Source: the human T2T-CHM13v2.0 reference genome, Homo sapiens
Direction: 5' to 3' (one strand)
Assembly (NCBI RefSeq): GCF_009914755.1
Contig: NC_060927.1
Length of the DNA: 64,000 nucleotides
The position numbers and the translations under genes are program-made. Shown here piece by piece: positions 56,684 through 64,000 of this stretch (position 1 is its first letter; each line of letters opens with the position of its first letter). A model generated the notes under the pieces. It was not told the origin of the DNA, made no database searches, and was given only the letters and a program-made list of their open reading frames with translations.

Positions 56684-56875
56684 TTGAAAGTTTTTATAGT
56701 CACAGAAATGTTCATGTAAATGAGATGTTTATAACGAATGTTAAAACAAGAAACATTTTTTTAATCACAAATTCACTATTTATTCAAAACCTCTTCAAGC
56801 TGTTGTCAAAACAAGCTGAAATGGGGGTAAGATGCTTTTCTGGGAGAGTTCCAGGTTCTAATTAACTATGACCCT

Positions 56876-56894
56876 TGCCCACTAGAGGTCGCTC
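56876..56894 (+). promoter_or_regulatory. Candidate CTCF binding motif
   Basis: TGCCCACTAGAGGTCGCTC versus consensus TGGCCAC(C/T)AG(G/A)GGGCGCTA; one core mismatch, CpG retained. Confidence 0.5.
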
Positions 56895-57254
56895 TTCGTG
56901 AATAACTTCCCTAGGCAGTTGGCATGCTGTGAAAGACATCACTATTCCTATGGCATTTTGGTCAAGTTTTTAGAAGAACACGTATTTCTTATGAACTAAA
57001 CTAAATTTGTACTAGAAAGCGCCCAGTGTCTACGTTTCACTTTGACTTTTAAACTCAAAACAGACCACAATTTCTTCTTGTTATTCCAATAAAACTTTAT
57101 TTACAAATATAGACAGTGGGTCAGATTTGGCTTGAAGTCTGTCAATCCCTAGGTTAGCAGGCAAATTTTTTAAACAGGAAAAATAGAGTTGATGCGGCCT
57201 TTCTCTGCAAGGGGACAAAGCCTGGGAAATAGAGGTCTGGAGCAAAATGTGAGT

Positions 57255-57395
57255 CCCCAGAATACAAAGGATACAAATGAAGAGATGCATAGGGTCAGGT
57301 ATGGGGCCAGGGGCATGGAGCTTCTACGCCCTCCCTGGGCACGCCAGCCTCCGGGGACCTCCATGTGTTCAGCTATCCGGAAACTCCCAGACCAC
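57255..57395. mobile_element. MER21-like LTR fragment
   Basis: aggatacaaatgaagagatgcataggg...ggagcttc...gacctccatgtgttcagctatccggaa. Confidence 0.6.
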
Positions 57396-59499
57396 ACATT
57401 TTGACATACAGCAGCTTTACTTTCACTGCTGGCCTGTGTCCACCTAGATGTCTGGGGGACTTTTGTTGCTTCTTGATCTCTTTCTCTTCCTTGATGTCGG
57501 AGACCCACTTATGAACATCTTTACTAAATTTCTGTTTTCTTCTGTCTCTCATTCTGACACTGACATTCTGACAAAAGCAAAAACACTTGCTTCCTGCTTT
57601 CTGCTTTTAGGAAAGATTCCAGGAACACACCTGGGAAATACTTTTAAAGGAGGCAGTTTCAGCAAGGAGAGTGGTAGGAAAGATAAAACCTCTTTGCATC
57701 CTAATCTTTCTGGTTTGCTTGTCTGTTATCTTTGGAGACAGCATAATTTTCACTAGGATGCTGTGTAATCATGAAGCTAATGAAATGTAAGCTTCAAGAC
57801 CCTCACTTGTGTAAATCCTTTCTAAGGCCCTGTACCAAACTTTGTTTTCATAGATTTTTATTTTTCTTAAAGTCATAACCCCCTAAAACTAGTCCATCTC
57901 TAGTTTCAGAACTTTGGAGTCAGGTGGGGGTTCAAATTTTAGACCTGTGTGAACTTGGGGAGCTAACTTCCCCCTAGGCCTTAATTTTCTTTTCTGTAAA
58001 TAGTATCTTTTATCTTGGGTTTCTTGAGAAGTCAGAAAACATGTCATTTGCTTTTCCCAATTCCCTGAACATATTAGGGGACTTCATGATGGAAAGAACC
58101 CAGAGAGAAAATGACAAATCCATATTTGGATGGAATTGCTTGGGACCTTTGTGGGGAGATGTGCAGGAAGCAAGAGGACACTCTGGACAACAGATCAAAA
58201 GGGGATGAGGAGCAGAGATGTTGGGTGAGGCCAGTGTCCAGGCAGTTACTGAAGCCAGAGTTGGGTGAAGGAAGTATCTGTGTGGCAGGAAGGAAGAAGC
58301 GGGAGTCTAAGCCCAGCACAGTGTCCAGGGTGAGGCCTGAACTTCAGAAGTTCACATTTCATTTCTTGCGGGTAATTTATGAATCTTGCATCCCATTGCT
58401 CAGGACTTACTCATTCAGGACTCTGTTCTCATTGATCCTGCCGTCCTAAGTGTGACAACCGTTTGAAATTAATTATTGCAATACCCAGGGTAATCACTTG
58501 AGGGCAGCACTGCGCAAGGGTTATTCAACCAACAACGTTCATTTAACAGATACTTATTGAGGACATGTCGTGTGCTAAGCAAAGTTGTAACTAGGGTCAA
58601 GGAAAGCTTTCCTGAGGAAGTGACCCTCGACCCATGTAGCAGGATGGGGTGGAATTAAATAGGGAAGGAAGAGGTGTTCCAGGTAAAGGTAGCAGCATGT
58701 GCTAAGGCTCTGTGATGGCAGAAAGCCTGGGAGTGGGGGAAGAAGGGACAGTGCCGTGGTAGCTGGAAAAGTGAGTGGGATGTGGATGCAGATCGGGATT
58801 ACAGCTCAGTTTCTGGAGCCTATTAACATTTTCTGAGCGGTTACTATGTGTCGGGCCCTTTCCTATAACTTATTTCAGGGAAGGTGGTAATAGTCCCATT
58901 TTACAAAGGCACAGAGGTATGGCTACCACCAGTCTTTCTTCAAGGCACCTCTCCTTCCCAGAGCATCCTTGTCTCCACTGGACACTTAGTCCTACCTTTC
59001 CTTCAACACATGGGTCAATTGTGGCTTCAAGTTGAATATCTTACTGATCATTTTGTGCATACAACGTGTTCTGGTGACTGGGCAGTTCTCCCTAAGCCAG
59101 AGGTTCTACTGATACTGTGTGTCCTCAGTATCTAGCCCACAGATGACCACTAGGGGATGCTCTGTTCCAGTTGGTTCCTGTCTGGAAATAGGCACATGAC
59201 ATGGCGATTTGGCAGAACAAATGACATAGTGATGTAGTAGATCTTGGCTCCACTTCATCCCTCCCTGAATCCATGCATTTTGCCACAAGACTTTACAGGC
59301 TTTACAGACACGGTATATCTCCCAGGCCCTCAAATCTGGCTTTGCTCTTGTGACTTGCTTTGCCAATGCAGTGTGGCAGGAGTGATGGTGTGCCAGATGC
59401 AAGCAATATATATATTTATCAACTCGACTTTCTCCTATACTTTTGCTCTATTTAGTCTCATTTTGAAGGAGATAAAATATGAATTCTATTTTAAATATT

Positions 59500-60632
59500 T
59501 TTATTGCATACAATAGCTCAAATTCATTTCTTTTTATCTGCTGTCTTACTTTCCATTATATGAATAAATCCCATTCTAGTTATTCATTTCCCTATTGATG
59601 GGATTTAGGTTGTTTGAAGGTTCTCTTTTTTTTTTTACTAATAAAGAAACAAAATGGGAAATATTTCTGTGCATGCCTCTTGTGTACCTAAGTGAGACTT
59701 TCTCATGGGTATATACTAGGAAGCCATGGGATACTCACATCTTCAAATTTACTAAAATATTACTAAATTGCTTTTCAAAGAACTTGGACCAATCTATTCT
59801 CCCACCATTATTAGTATAGAAGAATTCTCATTTCTCCACATTTGGCATCACCTGGTGTTGCCATACTAATTTGTGTAGGTTTTTGCCAATCTGATAGGTC
59901 TGAAATGGTATCTGGTTGATATTTTAATGTTCATTTCCCTGATTTCCAAAGATGTTGAGCTTCTTTCCTTGTGTTCGTTGGCCTTCCAATTTCCTTTTGT
60001 GAGTTGACTGTGCATTTCCTCTGTTTTCCTTTTCTTTTCTTCTTCCTTTTTTTTTTTTTTTTGAGTTGACTTGCTCCTGAAAGTCTGTCCTTACATAATC
60101 TTAATATTTTATATTATATATAATGTATGCTTGTATATTATATAAAGATAATATATTAAAGACTATAATATAGTATATGCAATACATTTAAAATATATAT
60201 CCTTTGTATATTTGGTTGCTTATATGCACTGCAAAGATCTTCCAGTATTTTATAACAGTTTTATTGAGATGTAGTTCATATATCATACAATTCAACCATT
60301 GAAAGTGTACGATGGGTTTTTGTTACAATTTTAGAACATTTTCACCAACTTGAAAAAAAAAAACCTTCACCTTTTGGCTATCATTTCCCTATTCCCCCAT
60401 CCCCAACCCTAAGCAACCACCAACCTACCTTCTGTCTCTATCAATTTGCCTATTCTGGACATATAAATGGAATCATATAATATGTGGTCTATTGTGACTG
60501 GCTTCTTTCATTTAGCCTAATTTTTCAAGGTTTATCCATGTTGTAGTATGTATCAGAACTCCATTCCTTTTTATGACCAAATAATATTCCATCGTAGGGA
60601 TATGCTACATTGTTTTCCCATTCATCAGTTGA
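59500..60632 (-). mobile_element. L1M 3' fragments (two pieces around an AT-rich stretch)
   Basis: Old-L1 text at 59500-60030 and 60250-60632 (tttattgagatgtagttcatatatcatacaattcaacca...ctggcttctttcatttagc). Confidence 0.75.
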
Positions 60633-60884
60633 AGTAATGTTTACTGAAAAATGTAACTGAAATTCAAAACTGTTTTTAATAGCATCTGATTTCTACTCAT
60701 CTGATCTGATTGCTTACCCCTGACCTCTCCTCACACATAAATAAAGTTGGTTTTGTTTGTTTTGTTTTGTTTTTACCATGATGATCAAAAAGTTTCTGAC
60801 TGGCTTTGAACTGTACTTCATTGGTGAAAATCCTCCATTCCAATCCCTATAATTAAAGAGGTAGGCCTGGGGACCCTTGTTATC

Positions 60885-61205
60885 CTGTGTGGCCTGGGAT
60901 CAAGAGCATCAGCATCACCTGAAGCTCGTTAGAAACTCACTCTCGTCTCGCAGACCTGTCTGGATTAGACTCTGAACTTGAAGGAGATCCCCAGGTGAGT
61001 CCTGTGCCCATTTGCTTTGACAAGCTCCGCCCTGGACCACTCTTTCTCACCCGGGTGAGTGTTGAAATCACCTGGAAGCCTTTGGGAACAATGCCAAGGA
61101 CCTGCCCGCCTTTCCGAGATTCTGATTTCACTGCTCTAGAGTGGGTCCCAGACTTAGAGTGTCTCCAGAGCTCCCACGGGATCCCACTGAACAGCCAGAC
61201 CTGAT
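60885..61205. mobile_element. MER5-family fragments
   Basis: agcatcagcatcacctg...ttagaaa...tccccaggtga and gaaatcacctgg...gagattctgattt motifs. Confidence 0.6.
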
Positions 61206-63232
61206 GCAGAGATCTTTGAGGAGCAATCCCAACTTTTTTCTGTAAACCACTTTCATTTAGGGATGTTTAGTCTACATGATTTAAGCCACCAAATTTGCAA
61301 TTCTGTTAAGCAAAACTGACTGGTTCTCGGTGAAGGAGCTGCAGGCCCCTTTTTAAAGGGACTGGAGTATGACGGCCAGTACACCTTATGAGTGGGTGTC
61401 AAGGCTCTGTTGACAAAGATGGTTTGTGTTTCTAAGAAAACACAGCTGAAGCCCTGTGAAGGGTAGGTTGCCAAGGATGTGCTAGTTTTTCTTGGTTCAT
61501 TTTCAGTTCTCCGTTTACAAATTTGCTCTGCAAATTTGGAATGGCTACTACTTTAAGCAGCGTTTACCCAAAAGTGACTTCTTCCTTACTCCTGCCAACA
61601 GAGTAAATACAATAAGAATGGACATCTTGGGTAGACATCAGGATGTCTCTTTTTAAATAAACCCCATCCTGATCTTATCTTTGCTAAGGAAGCTGTGGCA
61701 GCAACAAGCTGTCAAATCAATTTCTCTCCCTTCTCATCCCTCCGACGATTTCCTTGAACGCATGTGTTTCTGTTCCCTGTCACTGGGCTCACACAGCAGT
61801 CACCACAGTAACCTTCTCATGGGTGGGGGTGAGGAGTTCAGCATCCACCCTTTGTATCCACAAAAGGCTTTGCCACCTTACTGGGGGGGGTTGCCTATGT
61901 TTCCTTGTCATTTACAACCCTGCCCCATTTCTGTTCCAGATAGTGGCACAGTAATGCCCCAGATTGAGGTCACTTCTCTTGGAGTTAAAGGAAACAGGAG
62001 AGGGATGCGTGGTGTTTGCACCGTGCATCCTGCCATTATCCAACTCACAGGTATGTGTGTGCATCCTCTGGACTTTCTGGCTATGGTCTTTTCAGCCACC
62101 TCAGAGATTGTGTCACCTTGACTTACCGAAAGGAGTGACCACCTGAGAATCAAAGGCCCCGGGGTTCCTGAAATCCACACCAGGAAGGGCACATACAGGT
62201 GTCAAATCGCTTCTTGGGGTCTCTCCACAAGCACCTAAATGACTACGCTGTTAACTTGATCTATTTCTCTCATACTGGGCCAGAGAACCCTGCTTTATTT
62301 TCCAGATACCTAGTGCTAATTCTCCTGTGTTTGTGACACTTTCCTAATTCCAAATCTGGGATATTTTTCTACTACTTGAGGCAGATTCCTTAGAGGCTTT
62401 TAATCTGATAAAGAGTTCTCAAACCTGGGCAATCCAGGGTGTGAGTCTTAGTTTGAGAGAGGACAGACCTCCTTTAACCCAGCAAGTCAGAGATCTTTCG
62501 TGGGTGGTGAGTTCTGTGCCCACAGAAGCCAGCATGGCTTGCTTAGCATTACAGTACCCCGGGCCTGCCATGGACAATTACTTCTGGTTTTGATCTTCAC
62601 TAAAGACTTTTGCTTCATTTTCTGGTACACTGCCTTTCTGATCACATTACAGGTCTGCACCTGCGCGTCTGTGCGCATGTGCGTGTCCTTTGTAAATAAC
62701 TGCCTGTTCTTTTCTTTCAGCTAGTCCTTGCCTACTCCCCTGCCCTGCCTTTTTTATTTTTTAAACTGGTTTCATTCTTTTAAATCAGATCTCCAATAAA
62801 TAATCGAGTAACCTGGCCTGAGGTCCCTGCCTCCTGGAGGTGGGAGTATGCACACAATGCTTATTGGCAATTTCCACAGAAGGGCATTGAGCCGCTTGCA
62901 ATGTGATTTATTTTTCCTCCAGAACAACTGATCGCAACTTCTGAGACATCTCTGATGTCCTTTGCAAACTCCAGCGTGCATGTTCCTGCATGTGCTCTAT
63001 TGACAAGGATTTGATGTGAACATCATTTCTTTCAACTTTAGTACATGTATCTGCAGAAGAATCTGTGTTCCTGTTGATTCACAGCGCTGACTTCTTCATT
63101 GGTTTCTATGACAGCTTTCTGAAACAACAGGCTGGGGTGTGTGTGTATACGTGTGTATGTGTGTGTGTAGAGTAGGAGAGAGAGAACGAGGGGGGAGAGA
63201 GAGAAAGAGAGAAACAGGACACCATGGATTGA

Positions 63233-63704
<472 letters not shown>

Positions 63705-64000
63705 TAACCATCACATCCAGTTTCATCCACTTTAACACAGAACATTATATGTGATTCTAAATTAATTAAACTTAAGAAGTTTTACTGTTCTCTGTTATTA
63801 AATGTCAGCAGAATAGAATGATTTCTTTTTCTTCTTAAAGAAAGGAAAAGGGTAGTAATTAAAATGCTTTATTTTTCCTCTTGATTTTTTGGATGCCATA
63901 TATATGGTTTCAATGTCAAAATTTCAATCACCCTGTATGATCTCATCTTTTTTTTCATTTTGTATTAAACCAAGAGCATTTTCCCATAGTATTAAATATC

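Noticed and set aside
62672-62683. NRF1-like TGCGCATGTGCG
   Set aside because: Mismatched to consensus, part of a short purine-pyrimidine run, and not in a CpG island.

Overview
Human (primate) genomic DNA containing the 3' part of GPD1L (glycerol-3-phosphate dehydrogenase 1-like, chromosome 3p22 from memory) on the + strand. Coding exons 2-8 lie at 9155-46990, all with AG/GT boundaries and a continuous frame from [11 protein letters not shown] to LQSHPEHT*. A ~2.8 kb 3'UTR ends near the AATAAA at 49768, followed by ~14 kb of downstream sequence. Exon 1 and the promoter are upstream of the window. The rest is repeat-dense: about 30 Alus (one a young AluYb9-type copy), L1/L2/MIR relics, LTR fragments, DNA transposon MITEs, a full-length SVA ~300 bp past the poly(A) site, an antisense RPL21 processed pseudogene in intron 5, a U13 (SNORD13) retrocopy and several STR/VNTRs. 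Nearly all ORFs in the supplied track are repeat-derived artefacts. I see no evidence of a new gene or novel multi-gene system. The most unusual unexplained structure is in intron 5: two locally templated duplications, one inverted and one direct, with snap-back hairpins or a palindrome at the junctions, resembling fixed DNA-repair scars. Repeat boundaries and subfamilies were judged by eye and are approximate.
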